This document shows, one piece after another, positions 28,698 to 37,264 of a DNA stretch of 40,625 nucleotides. The stretch covers positions 1-40,625 of IMG/VR virus record IMGVR_UViG_3300033508_000485; one strand, 5' to 3'. Within the stretch, counting starts at the first letter, position 1. The number at the start of each line of letters is the position of its first letter. Under the pieces are notes generated by a model. That model was given only the letters and a program-made list of their open reading frames with translations. It made no database searches and was not told the DNA's origin. This stretch comes from a virus (lineage: Duplodnaviria; Caudoviricetes). The translations under genes were made by a program, and so were the position numbers.

Positions 28698-31226
28698 ATG
28701 ACAGATCTACAAATCCAGATACAACAGCAACTAGATAACGCAAAACAAACCGATATAATTCAACTTCCTCAACAAATATTAGACTTTCCACTTATTATTT
28801 CAAAACCATGTACGGTTGTAGGTAATGCTACTACAATTGATGTTTCTGCTTCTAATATTGAATACGCTATTACTATAACAGCAGATAACGTAACTTTATC
28901 TGATATGGTAATAAAAAATAAAAATGAACCTGGATTTAATGCAGTTTATATAAAATCGAATCAAGCATCTCTTGAAAGATTAATTCTAAATTGTGATTTA
29001 GGTTTATTAATAGATCAAAGTAATAATATCGACCTAATTGAAGTAAAGACATCAGCTACAACTGGCATAAGAATTAAGAATAGTAGTAATATTGATATAA
29101 GTGCTTGTGAAATATACAACTGCTCTGTTGGCTTGGATATTGTTGGCTCATCATCTATATCTGGTAATATTGATTCATACCAGGGTTTTGGTCTCAATAT
29201 TCAACCAAATGATATAATACCTCTAACAGCAGATGAAGAATATGAATTTAAAGTTGATGGTATGCTTTTTTCATTTAAAGCTGTAACAGGTATGACGTAT
29301 CAAGGTGTAATTGATACAATAAATTCTATAATTGGATTTAACCCAACATATAAAGCTGAAATTAATAATAATGATATTATTATAAAAACATCAAACACAA
29401 CAATACTATTAGAACAAAAAAACAATTCAAGAAGTTTATTTGGAGATTTAAACATAACACCACTTTTACCAATTAATAATTATTCTTATTCTTATGTTAA
29501 ATTTGGTCTTAATATAGTTGAAACAGCAGTAACAAATCTTGAAAAAAATGTTGTTTATACTTTTTTACTTGATGGTACAGAAATACAATTCTTCAGCCCT
29601 GATACAGACGGTACTACATATCGTGAATTAGTTGGTCTTATTCAATCAAAAATATCACCTCTTGGATATATGATCGATATTATATCAGGTGATATTATTA
29701 TAAAGAAAATTTCATCACCATCAATTAATTTGATGAATGGTACAAGGTTTAAAAACCTATTTACTGTCTTAGGAGCTACTCTACAAAAATCAACATTAGT
29801 TGTTGAATCAACTCAAAAACTTGGTTTAAGTATTACGCCTGATCAACTAACACCACTACTTAAGTCTCAATACACATTTATAGCTAATGGCGTTGAATAT
29901 ACGGTTAATAATATTGTAGACAACTTGTCTTATGGACAACTTATTACCTTATTAAATAATAATATATCATTTAAATCTAAATTTACAGCTTATCTTGATA
30001 ATGGCGATATTGAAATTCTTACAAGTGCACCATCGATTTTACTAGAAGCAACAAAGTTGAGTGTATTTACAACACTCGGAACAACACCACCACCCCCACA
30101 AACTGGAAGTGAGGCGAGCAGAACAGATAGATCACACCGCATAAATATCATTGGATGTTTTATTCACAATAACCAAATTGGTGTTCGTCTCATCAACGCT
30201 AACGATATTTTCTTCACTGGTGAAACCAAAGTATTTATGAATACCAATATTGGTATCTGGCAACAACCATCTTCCTACAACATCAAATTCCGTGGTGAGA
30301 TTTATAGCAATACAAACTTTGGTATCCGCAACACAGATAAGGGTGCGTCTAATCATGATATAGATGCTATGGATAGTTGGTGGGGAGACAGAACAGGACC
30401 CTCAATGATGGGACAGGGTGAGGGTGATAAAATATCATCTGGTGTTAATTGGAAACCACAGCGTCAAAACGGTACCGTCCCTGATCTCACTTACCCAAAA
30501 ACAAGAGAATATATACTTGGTATGCTTGGTTATCCTCTAGTTAAGGTTGAAATGACAGATGAACAGATTGGAATGTGTATTGACCGCTCCATCTATAAGT
30601 TTATGCAATATAGAACTCCTGAACCCATCTATAGATATATAGATGCCAAAGCTGGTAATGCATTTACAAAACTACCAATTGATATGCCAAAAGAAAATAT
30701 TATTGAAGTTACTTATTCACCTAACGCTGATATCTTTGCTCAACTCTCTGGTTCAGGCGAATCTTTCTATATGACTTATTATATGAATCAGGGTGGGAGC
30801 AGTGGAGGTAGCAACACCTTTTTATCAGATTTTTATGTTGCAATGTCATATAGAGAAACCATGGAGACAACACTTGGCTTACGTCCTACATATGAATTAG
30901 TATCGGGTAAGGATACAGATGGTACTTACTGTGATTATATTCGTTTTTCTCCCATTCCAGAAAGGAGTTTAAGAGTTGCAATTCTCTATTCCCGCCCAAT
31001 GACTGAAGCTGAAGTTGATGGAGTTGATTGGGTTAAAAAGTATGCACATGCTGTTGCTAAGGAAGTATTAGGAAGAATCAGAAGCAAGTATGCAAGCGTA
31101 CCTGGACCTACAGGGGATATTGTTACTGATGGATCTACTCTCTTAGCAGAAAGTCAGCAGGAGATAGAGAAGTTAGAACAACAACTTATAGATCAGGGCC
31201 AACCGCTCGCGTTTAGTGTTGGATAA
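28698..31226 (+). CDS. Neck protein (gp13-like C-terminus) fused to N-terminal beta-helix with three inserted ~105-aa repeats
   Basis: C-terminus YILGMLGYPLVKVEMTDEQI...WVKKYAHAVAKEVLGRIRSKY..PGP...DG..L..E; N-terminal parallel beta-helix and IDAMDSWWG...GP cap. Confidence 0.75.
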   Translation: MTDLQIQIQQQLDNAKQTDIIQLPQQILDFPLIISKPCTVVGNATTIDVSASNIEYAITITADNVTLSDMVIKNKNEPGFNAVYIKSNQASLERLILNCDLGLLIDQSNNIDLIEVKTSATTGIRIKNSSNIDISACEIYNCSVGLDIVGSSSISGNIDSYQGFGLNIQPNDIIPLTADEEYEFKVDGMLFSFKAVTGMTYQGVIDTINSIIGFNPTYKAEINNNDIIIKTSNTTILLEQKNNSRSLFGDLNITPLLPINNYSYSYVKFGLNIVETAVTNLEKNVVYTFLLDGTEIQFFSPDTDGTTYRELVGLIQSKISPLGYMIDIISGDIIIKKISSPSINLMNGTRFKNLFTVLGATLQKSTLVVESTQKLGLSITPDQLTPLLKSQYTFIANGVEYTVNNIVDNLSYGQLITLLNNNISFKSKFTAYLDNGDIEILTSAPSILLEATKLSVFTTLGTTPPPPQTGSEASRTDRSHRINIIGCFIHNNQIGVRLINANDIFFTGETKVFMNTNIGIWQQPSSYNIKFRGEIYSNTNFGIRNTDKGASNHDIDAMDSWWGDRTGPSMMGQGEGDKISSGVNWKPQRQNGTVPDLTYPKTREYILGMLGYPLVKVEMTDEQIGMCIDRSIYKFMQYRTPEPIYRYIDAKAGNAFTKLPIDMPKENIIEVTYSPNADIFAQLSGSGESFYMTYYMNQGGSSGGSNTFLSDFYVAMSYRETMETTLGLRPTYELVSGKDTDGTYCDYIRFSPIPERSLRVAILYSRPMTEAEVDGVDWVKKYAHAVAKEVLGRIRSKYASVPGPTGDIVTDGSTLLAESQQEIEKLEQQLIDQGQPLAFSVG

Positions 31227-31238
31227 TTATTTATCTAT

Positions 31239-32216
31239 TTAAATGTAATTAGAATAATCCTTTACATCCAACAAAAATAAAAATTCCTTATTTATTAAAG
31301 CTGCATACTCTTGTGCAGCTTTATTTTTAGCGTCTATCTCTCCTGACTCTAGAGCCTCATAATAATACTGATGTGTTGCTTTTATTTCAATAATAAAACC
31401 ATTTGTTTCAAAATCACAATGATACACATGCTCTTTTTCGTTTAATAAGTATTTGAGTGTTGGCCCGTCAAATATCTTTATATCTTTTTCCTCACACGTC
31501 TGTATAAATCTTAACTCATCTTTAGATTGGTAGTGTATTTTATCACCAAATTTTGTATAATATATTTTTATACCTAATCCAGATTTTATTTTAATCTGTT
31601 GTTTTCTAAACAACTCTGGAACCTGAGCAGGATGTTTAGCACCGTATTTTTTAAATAATGAATCTCCTTGTTTATCTCTTACGCTTTTTAAATCCATTAC
31701 ATGATTTACACCATATCTTTCTTGAACAGTTTTTCTTCTTCTATCTACTACCTTTTTATTGTATTCTTCATCTTTTAATTTAGCTTGATACTTCTCATGA
31801 ATTGTTTCTTTTACTTCTGGTATTTGAAAAGCATTATTAACACCATACTTCTTCTGCATCTTCTCTTCCTTCCATTTCTGGTTTGACAATAAACATTCTA
31901 CTCCATATTTTTCCTTCATTGTTTGCTTCAACTTATTCTTACTTATCTCAGAATACATTGAGTTTGTCACACCATACTTGTCCATACAACTACTTTCTAA
32001 TTTACATCTTTCACATAAAATTTTTTCTGGATTAAAATTTTCATAAAATATAATATGTTCTTTATTGCAGGATGAACAACTAAATTTTATTTTAGTTTTA
32101 TATTTGTTAAATCTAATATTATTATAATAGTGGTTAAAATATCCTTTTCTTGGTTCTACATTTTTATATAATTCATGATTATAATCTATCCATTCATTAT
32201 TTATTTCTATTTTCAT
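31239..32216 (-). CDS. Homing-endonuclease-like protein (KYGV repeats + PD-(D/E)xK domain)
   Basis: CxxC pair, five (K/R)YG(V/A) repeats, YQSKDE...HVYHCDF...IIEIK. Confidence 0.65.
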   Translation of the reverse strand: MKIEINNEWIDYNHELYKNVEPRKGYFNHYYNNIRFNKYKTKIKFSCSSCNKEHIIFYENFNPEKILCERCKLESSCMDKYGVTNSMYSEISKNKLKQTMKEKYGVECLLSNQKWKEEKMQKKYGVNNAFQIPEVKETIHEKYQAKLKDEEYNKKVVDRRRKTVQERYGVNHVMDLKSVRDKQGDSLFKKYGAKHPAQVPELFRKQQIKIKSGLGIKIYYTKFGDKIHYQSKDELRFIQTCEEKDIKIFDGPTLKYLLNEKEHVYHCDFETNGFIIEIKATHQYYYEALESGEIDAKNKAAQEYAALINKEFLFLLDVKDYSNYI

Positions 32217-32334
32217 ATATTTTAATCAACTCCTTTATCGCTTCTCCCATTGTTATATCACCCATTTCTAAAGCAATTTTCTTCAACATTAATCTCACTC
32301 CTCTCTCAACTTGAATTGTTGTTCTTTCTTCCAT
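32197..32334 (-). CDS. Small RHH-like DNA-binding protein (45 aa)
   Basis: Below cutoff; SD AAGGAG; MEERTTIQVERGVRLMLKKIALEMGDITMGEAIKELIKIY. Confidence 0.6.
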   Translation of the reverse strand: MEERTTIQVERGVRLMLKKIALEMGDITMGEAIKELIKIYENRNK

Positions 32335-32345
32335 ATCAACTCCTT

Positions 32346-32388
32346 TTATGTATATAATGTATCTTATGTATTAAATTTAAATAATGTT
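32346..32388. repeat. 9-bp-phased T(T/A)ATGT repeats upstream of RHH gene
   Basis: TTATGTA 32346, TAATGTA 32355, TTATGTA 32364, TAATGTT 32382. Confidence 0.5.
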
Positions 32389-32427
32389 GTTTTCATACAA
32401 AAATTGTTTATTTACAAAGATAATTAT

Positions 32428-32697
32428 ATGTTTAGAGTATTAACCCGCTATACACCAACAACTATAGTTGTTGTAGACCTCAGTAGAAGAAAATCTTTTA
32501 AAAATATTCCAGATGAATATCCAACTCTCACCTATGGTAAGTATTATGATTGGAAATGGAAGTTTTACTCTAGTGCATTTAATTATTTTGAGGATGCTTA
32601 TTCCGAAGATGTAGACCTGGAGTTGAGTGATATGAGGGATGCTATTAAAAAGTTGTTTTGTATAGATGAGAGAGAGTTGGAGTTTTTTAGAAAATGA
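32428..32697 (+). CDS. Small hypothetical protein, IxxxF-tail family
   Basis: Start moved to ATG 32428 (AAGATAA-N4-ATG); RDAIKKLF. Confidence 0.65.
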   Translation: MFRVLTRYTPTTIVVVDLSRRKSFKNIPDEYPTLTYGKYYDWKWKFYSSAFNYFEDAYSEDVDLELSDMRDAIKKLFCIDERELEFFRK

Positions 32698-32921
32698 TTG
32701 TTAAATTTACGCATGAGTATGTTGTTATAGAATTTGTAAATAGTGAGAATGAGTTTCTGTTACTTGCACCAGGAAATATATCTGGTAAATATCAATGGGA
32801 AGTTGGTTCTGGATTTATTCAAGGTTCCAGTAAAAAACGTCCTCCAAATTTTTTAGCTAAATTAGCTATTAAACTTTTATTTAATGCAGATCAAGATATT
32901 TTAACAAGATTGAGGAAATAA
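32694..32921 (+). CDS. Small hypothetical protein, IxxxF-tail family
   Basis: KLAIKLLF; ATGA overlap. Confidence 0.65.
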   Translation: MIVKFTHEYVVIEFVNSENEFLLLAPGNISGKYQWEVGSGFIQGSSKKRPPNFLAKLAIKLLFNADQDILTRLRK

Positions 32922-32924
32922 ATA

Positions 32925-33194
32925 GTGGATTTAACATTTAGAAAAGTAAACAATATTACGGCTTATATACTTATTGAAGGAACTGATATTGGTGTTGTTG
33001 TTATGAAGGATAATGTTGGTGATACAAATTGGCAATTCCGTTTCCTCACATCCAATACTTCTAGCTTTGGCAATGTGCATTGGCATTTTGGTAAAAGAAT
33101 AAACTATATCGACCAACCAAATGTTGTTGTAAAAGATGTTGAGACATTCCTTCTCATAAACTCAAGATACATCTTAGATAGGATATTTGAATGA
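32925..33194 (+). CDS. Small hypothetical protein, IxxxF-tail family
   Basis: RYILDRIF. Confidence 0.6.
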   Translation: MDLTFRKVNNITAYILIEGTDIGVVVMKDNVGDTNWQFRFLTSNTSSFGNVHWHFGKRINYIDQPNVVVKDVETFLLINSRYILDRIFE

Positions 33195-33436
33195 TTTTCT
33201 ATCAACTTAAAAATTTACAAAAACCAAATGGTGTTCTTTTAATGTATAAAGATAAGTATATATTTTTTTATATAAACCAAGCTAAAACTTACTGTACAGA
33301 CATTAATATTGGTGTGGCTAAAAATTATAGAAAGAAGATTGATAAACCTAATGTTGGTATTCCAGATGATTTTCCTAAGAGGTCTATGATAGATATGATT
33401 TTTAAAAGAGATTGGCAATTTGAGAAAGAATTATGA
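33191..33436 (+). CDS. Small hypothetical protein, IxxxF-tail family
   Basis: RSMIDMIF. Confidence 0.6.
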   Translation: MIFYQLKNLQKPNGVLLMYKDKYIFFYINQAKTYCTDINIGVAKNYRKKIDKPNVGIPDDFPKRSMIDMIFKRDWQFEKEL

Positions 33437-33699
33437 TTATACTTAAGATGCAAAAGAGAGAAACAGACATTTATTATAGGTTTGTAAATTTAATTCGCTG
33501 GTCTGGTGATATTGATGCAATATTAGTTAATAGTGATATGAAAACGACACATGTTGCTATTAGTATTTTGAATATATGTAAACAAATAGTCTTAGATACA
33601 GCATCTTTTGATATGAACCGTTTTGAGGAAAAAGACGAAGAGTATATGGTTTTTATTTTAAAATATCTATTTGAGGAGATGAAGGTTCAATATTTATGA
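33433..33699 (+). CDS. Small hypothetical protein, IxxxF-tail family
   Basis: VFILKYLF. Confidence 0.6.
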   Translation: MIILKMQKRETDIYYRFVNLIRWSGDIDAILVNSDMKTTHVAISILNICKQIVLDTASFDMNRFEEKDEEYMVFILKYLFEEMKVQYL

Positions 33700-33920
33700 T
33701 TAGAGAAACATTAAGACTTTTAATTGACGCAGCCGACTCTGATAATTTTTCTATAAAACCAGAGAGATGTATAGATGATAAACACTATAGGATAAGACTT
33801 GATAGTAAGAGAAGTGCTCTCTATATTAAACAACACCAGATTGATAGTATAGAGATATATTCTCTATTAGGATGTGAATCAAAATATTATGATGATTTTC
33901 CAAAGTTGTTTATAATATGA
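33696..33920 (+). CDS. Small hypothetical protein
   Basis: Coupled ORF. Confidence 0.55.
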   Translation: MIRETLRLLIDAADSDNFSIKPERCIDDKHYRIRLDSKRSALYIKQHQIDSIEIYSLLGCESKYYDDFPKLFII

Positions 33921-34273
33921 AGAAGATAACACTAAGACAATATTACAAAACTCAGCACTGGGCCGACCTACATAAGAAATGGGCTTATAACGATGATACT
34001 GCATGCCAAATCTGTGGAGCTCAAAGATTTGGATTTTATAAAGTTGGGAAGAATAAGGGTAAGAGAAAGCCAAAGGCTGAAAATCACATCCACATCCACC
34101 ACAAACATTATGATAGCATGTTTAATGAAAAAAGAGAGGATGTAATGCTTCTCTGTGATTCATGCCATAAGCTTAGCCACCAATTAGAAAGAATGCAAAA
34201 TCGTTCTCCCTTATACAAACAAATGTACTTAGACTTCAAAGCTAATACAGGATGGGAGTTTAAGAAGAGATGA
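33917..34273 (+). CDS. Small HNH endonuclease
   Basis: CQICG...HIHHKHY...EDVMLLCDSCH..SH. Confidence 0.8.
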   Translation: MKKITLRQYYKTQHWADLHKKWAYNDDTACQICGAQRFGFYKVGKNKGKRKPKAENHIHIHHKHYDSMFNEKREDVMLLCDSCHKLSHQLERMQNRSPLYKQMYLDFKANTGWEFKKR

Positions 34274-34554
34274 AAATCGGCGAGAAATACTATGTAGTTA
34301 CTGGCTCATATAACAACAGTAGATTTGCTCTTGTTCAATTACTTTCTAGAGATCTTTCATTTAATAAAGTTATAATAATAGACAACATAATTTCTTTTCC
34401 ACTTTCTCTTAAATATAATGATGTATTTAATCCCGGTAGTAAAAGTTTTTATGAAGATTATGAACATGCGTTCCAGGAATTTGCAAGAATAAATAATTTT
34501 GAACCAACAGAATATGGATTTATAAAATTCTTATTTACAAAGGCAGCAGTATGA
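34270..34554 (+). CDS. Small hypothetical protein, IxxxF-tail family
   Basis: MKIGEKYYV; YGFIKFLF; resembles 35116-35454. Confidence 0.6.
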   Translation: MKIGEKYYVVTGSYNNSRFALVQLLSRDLSFNKVIIIDNIISFPLSLKYNDVFNPGSKSFYEDYEHAFQEFARINNFEPTEYGFIKFLFTKAAV

Positions 34555-34871
34555 AATTTAAACAAGTTAAAGAAGAATTGGAAATTGGTGATGCTATTCT
34601 CATGGGCAAGTTTAGAAATAAAAAAGCCATCATCAAAGACTTTGGTACAGATAAACTTGGTCAACCAACAGTCAAGACGGATAAAGGTGAGAGGGCGATG
34701 TATGCCTTCCGTGTTCAGAAGTTGATGACTGGTCCATCAGGTCAGGATTTGTATCATGCCTTCTTTAAGAAGAAATTGGAAGAGTATGGTATCACCTCTC
34801 CTAAACATCTCTCAAAAGAAGAAGCTAAAAAGTTCTGGTCTGAAGTAAAAAAAGAATGGAGTGATAAATGA
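34551..34871 (+). CDS. Hypothetical phage protein
   Basis: IGDAILMGKFRNKK domain plus FFKKKLEEYGITSP...KKFW domain. Confidence 0.7.
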   Translation: MKFKQVKEELEIGDAILMGKFRNKKAIIKDFGTDKLGQPTVKTDKGERAMYAFRVQKLMTGPSGQDLYHAFFKKKLEEYGITSPKHLSKEEAKKFWSEVKKEWSDK

Positions 34872-35119
34872 TTACTAAAGATATGTATAACAATATATAT
34901 GATCTTGATTTCTATAAACTAAGTGATTCATCAAAAGCAAATATTTTTGCAGGTATATATAGTGGCTATACTAATATAATTAAAACAAACAAATCTGATA
35001 GAATGAATTTAATTTTGTTTTTATTTTCAGATAATGATTATATGTATGGTCATTTTGACAAAAGATATAAACAAAATTTAACTTCAATAAAAAATATAAA
35101 TAGGTATAAAAATAGATGA
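34868..35119 (+). CDS. Small hypothetical protein
   Basis: Coupled ORF; NLILFLF. Confidence 0.55.
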   Translation: MITKDMYNNIYDLDFYKLSDSSKANIFAGIYSGYTNIIKTNKSDRMNLILFLFSDNDYMYGHFDKRYKQNLTSIKNINRYKNR

Positions 35120-35454
35120 AATTCCAACCTGGTGATATAGTATATGTTGGTAGTGGCAATGGTACCTACTGTACATTAGCTAAAGTAAAGATTGTAAGTA
35201 TTACTGGTTCACCACAAAATCAATATTATGAAGTTGAAATGCTTGAGGATATTTTTCATATCTGGGGAAGGAATAACCGAGGACAGGATGAAATATTCAA
35301 GGTTGGCAGAATTGAAAATGCACTTGAGAATACTACATTTGAAAATTATGCAGATGCGGAAGAGAATGTATTTATAAAAATGAGTTCAGATAAATTCAGT
35401 ATTCGAACATGGAAACAATTTATCATCTTCATGTTTGTGTATTGGCATACTTAA
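35116..35454 (+). CDS. Small hypothetical protein, IxxxF-tail family
   Basis: MKFQPGDIVYV; KQFIIFMF. Confidence 0.6.
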   Translation: MKFQPGDIVYVGSGNGTYCTLAKVKIVSITGSPQNQYYEVEMLEDIFHIWGRNNRGQDEIFKVGRIENALENTTFENYADAEENVFIKMSSDKFSIRTWKQFIIFMFVYWHT

Positions 35455-35723
35455 GGCTTATCGGCTGCTGGTGTTTTATCTGTTGAATCTGGAAGAAATT
35501 TCTTCTCCAACAAGTTGATACCAAGATAGGCAGCACTTAATGTACCAGCAATACCTACAATTATCTCTAAAGGTAGATGAATAGTTATTCCCAACCATGA
35601 TAATAAGGATTGAGTTACTACAGCAGTAGCTGCCAACCAGTTCCAAAATAGAGTAATTCTATATTTACGAGATTGAAAATTATCCTTAACGGGTGATGAC
35701 TTTTCTTTTTTAAACGGCCACAT
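35451..35723 (-). CDS. Two-TM membrane protein, holin-like
   Basis: SRK followed by two hydrophobic helices and a charged tail; SD AGGAG. Confidence 0.45.
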   Translation of the reverse strand: MWPFKKEKSSPVKDNFQSRKYRITLFWNWLAATAVVTQSLLSWLGITIHLPLEIIVGIAGTLSAAYLGINLLEKKFLPDSTDKTPAADKP

Positions 35724-35732
35724 TATAAACTC

Positions 35733-35906
35733 CTATTTTTTTAAAAACTTTATGACATCCTCAGCTGTATATTTTAATTCACTAATCATATATGAAACTT
35801 CATTCCTTGTACGTCCATGTCCCTCAAGGTCTTTAATCCTTGCTATATGTTCGTTGAATATTGAATTTACTTCTGATATTATTAAATCTATATCTTTACA
35901 GTCCAT
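35733..35906 (-). CDS. Small hypothetical protein (57 aa)
   Basis: Below cutoff; fills the gap between mgsA and the holin-like gene. Confidence 0.5.
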   Translation of the reverse strand: MDCKDIDLIISEVNSIFNEHIARIKDLEGHGRTRNEVSYMISELKYTAEDVIKFLKK

Positions 35907-35908
35907 GA

Positions 35909-36307
35909 TTATACCAATAGTGGAGATGTAATAATCATATCTGCTGTAGCTCTATTCAGGGCGAGTGGTACATTCTTGTTGACACAAGCTCTTTCAAGAG
36001 CATGAATGTCGGCTTGATGAGGATGGACATCCATAGGATCTATAAAGAATATAACAGCATCAATATTACCCTTCAATATTTCAACAGATAAAATAAGGTC
36101 TCCTCCAAGGGGCCCTGAAGCAAATTCATGCGGTTCCAATACATCTACTGTAAGACCACATCCTTCATTAATCATTTTTGCAGTTGTAGCAGTTCCTACT
36201 AACTTAAATTGAGACAACTTCTCTCTATTGTTGGAATAGTTTATCCAAGAGAGAATGCTTGTTTTTTTGCCATCGTGAGCTATTAGAGCGATTGTCCTGT
36301 TTTTCAT
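35909..36307 (-). CDS. mgsA: Methylglyoxal synthase
   Basis: IALIAHDGKK, GTATT, SGPLGGD, FFIDP...PHQADI.AL.RAC...NVPLA.NRATAD; start placed at ATG 36307 (AAGATAA-N4-ATG). Confidence 0.92.
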   Translation of the reverse strand: MKNRTIALIAHDGKKTSILSWINYSNNREKLSQFKLVGTATTAKMINEGCGLTVDVLEPHEFASGPLGGDLILSVEILKGNIDAVIFFIDPMDVHPHQADIHALERACVNKNVPLALNRATADMIITSPLLV

Positions 36308-36345
36308 ACCCTTATCTTGCATATTTATAGATGTAGGAGTAATAC

Positions 36346-36540
36346 ATGTATAAATTTTATTTAAATGATCAGCAGATTATTAAATTTGAAAAATGGAAGA
36401 AAACTCTACCAAAAACTCCGCCAACAGCTATTGGTGGAGCATATACCTTCTCATTCATACCAACAAGCATTGGTATCTCTACATGGGTTAGGTATTATAA
36501 TGGTGAAGAATTGGATTTAACAGAATATGAGAGCTGGTAA
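36346..36540 (+). CDS. Small phage hypothetical protein
   Basis: AIGGAYTFSFIPTSIG...LDLTEYESW; SD AGGAG. Confidence 0.7.
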   Translation: MYKFYLNDQQIIKFEKWKKTLPKTPPTAIGGAYTFSFIPTSIGISTWVRYYNGEELDLTEYESW

Positions 36541-36552
36541 TAGGAGGAGTAT

Positions 36553-37264
36553 ATGCAAATAAATAACTATGAAGAATTTCTTAAAAAAGGTCATCTGAAG
36601 GTATTGGGTATAGATGAGAATGGTTAGCTTCGGCTAATCATATAGGAATAAAATATCAAGTAAAGGTACTCTTGCCGGTCCATTGGTTATTACAGGTGTT
36701 GTCTTCAAGGACGGATTTGATGATGAAGTAAAGAAACAAATTAAGGATAGTAAGAAGCTATCAGAGAAGAAGAGAAATGAGTTGTACAACTATCTCCTCA
36801 AAAATACCTATCATTCGGTAAAAATTAAACATGCTGATAGAATAGACCAAATTGGTATTACTGGTTGTTGGACTGAAGCTGTCAACGAAATTTATAAAGA
36901 ATTATCTGGTAAATTTGATATTGCTCTTCTCGATGGCAATAAAGACCCCGTTGAGAGACCAAACTTTCATACCCTCATTAATGCTGATAATTATGTCAAA
37001 GAGGTGGGTGCAGCCTCCATCATTGGTAAGGTTGTACATGATAAGTTTATGTATGAGTATACCAAGAAATGGCCAGAATATTTGTTTGAACAGCACAAAG
37101 GTTATGGAACTCAACTACATCGTGATTTAATCAAAGAGTATGGTAGATGTCCCATCCATAGGAAGAGTTTTAAGGTTAAAGGTTTGGATGATGATCCTTA
37201 TACCCAACGTCTTAAGGAAGAGGCTCGTGTTAGGGATAGGATGAAGAAGTTACACTCAGATTAA
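36553..37264 (+). CDS. rnhB: Ribonuclease HII, interrupted by a 37-nt coding gap (36625-36661)
   Basis: Part 1 (SD AGGAGG, ATG 36553): ...KVLGIDENG*; part 2 in +1 frame: KGTLAGPLV...IKDSKKLS..KR...LDG...AD...AASIIGKV..D...HKGYGT..H...G.CPIHRKSF. Confidence 0.9.
36620..36667 (+). other. Candidate translational bypass (ribosome hopping) element
   Basis: GGT-TAG inside a 9-bp stem ATGGTTAGC-TTCG-GCTAATCAT; landing candidates AGT 36659-36661 or GGT 36665-36667. Confidence 0.7.

Noticed and set aside
36625-36661. Group I intron or TAG read-through as explanation of the rnhB gap
   Set aside because: 37 nt is far too short for a self-splicing intron and a U|...G| excision gives a stop; reading through TAG meets TAG and TAA in frame, and the downstream part is in another frame.
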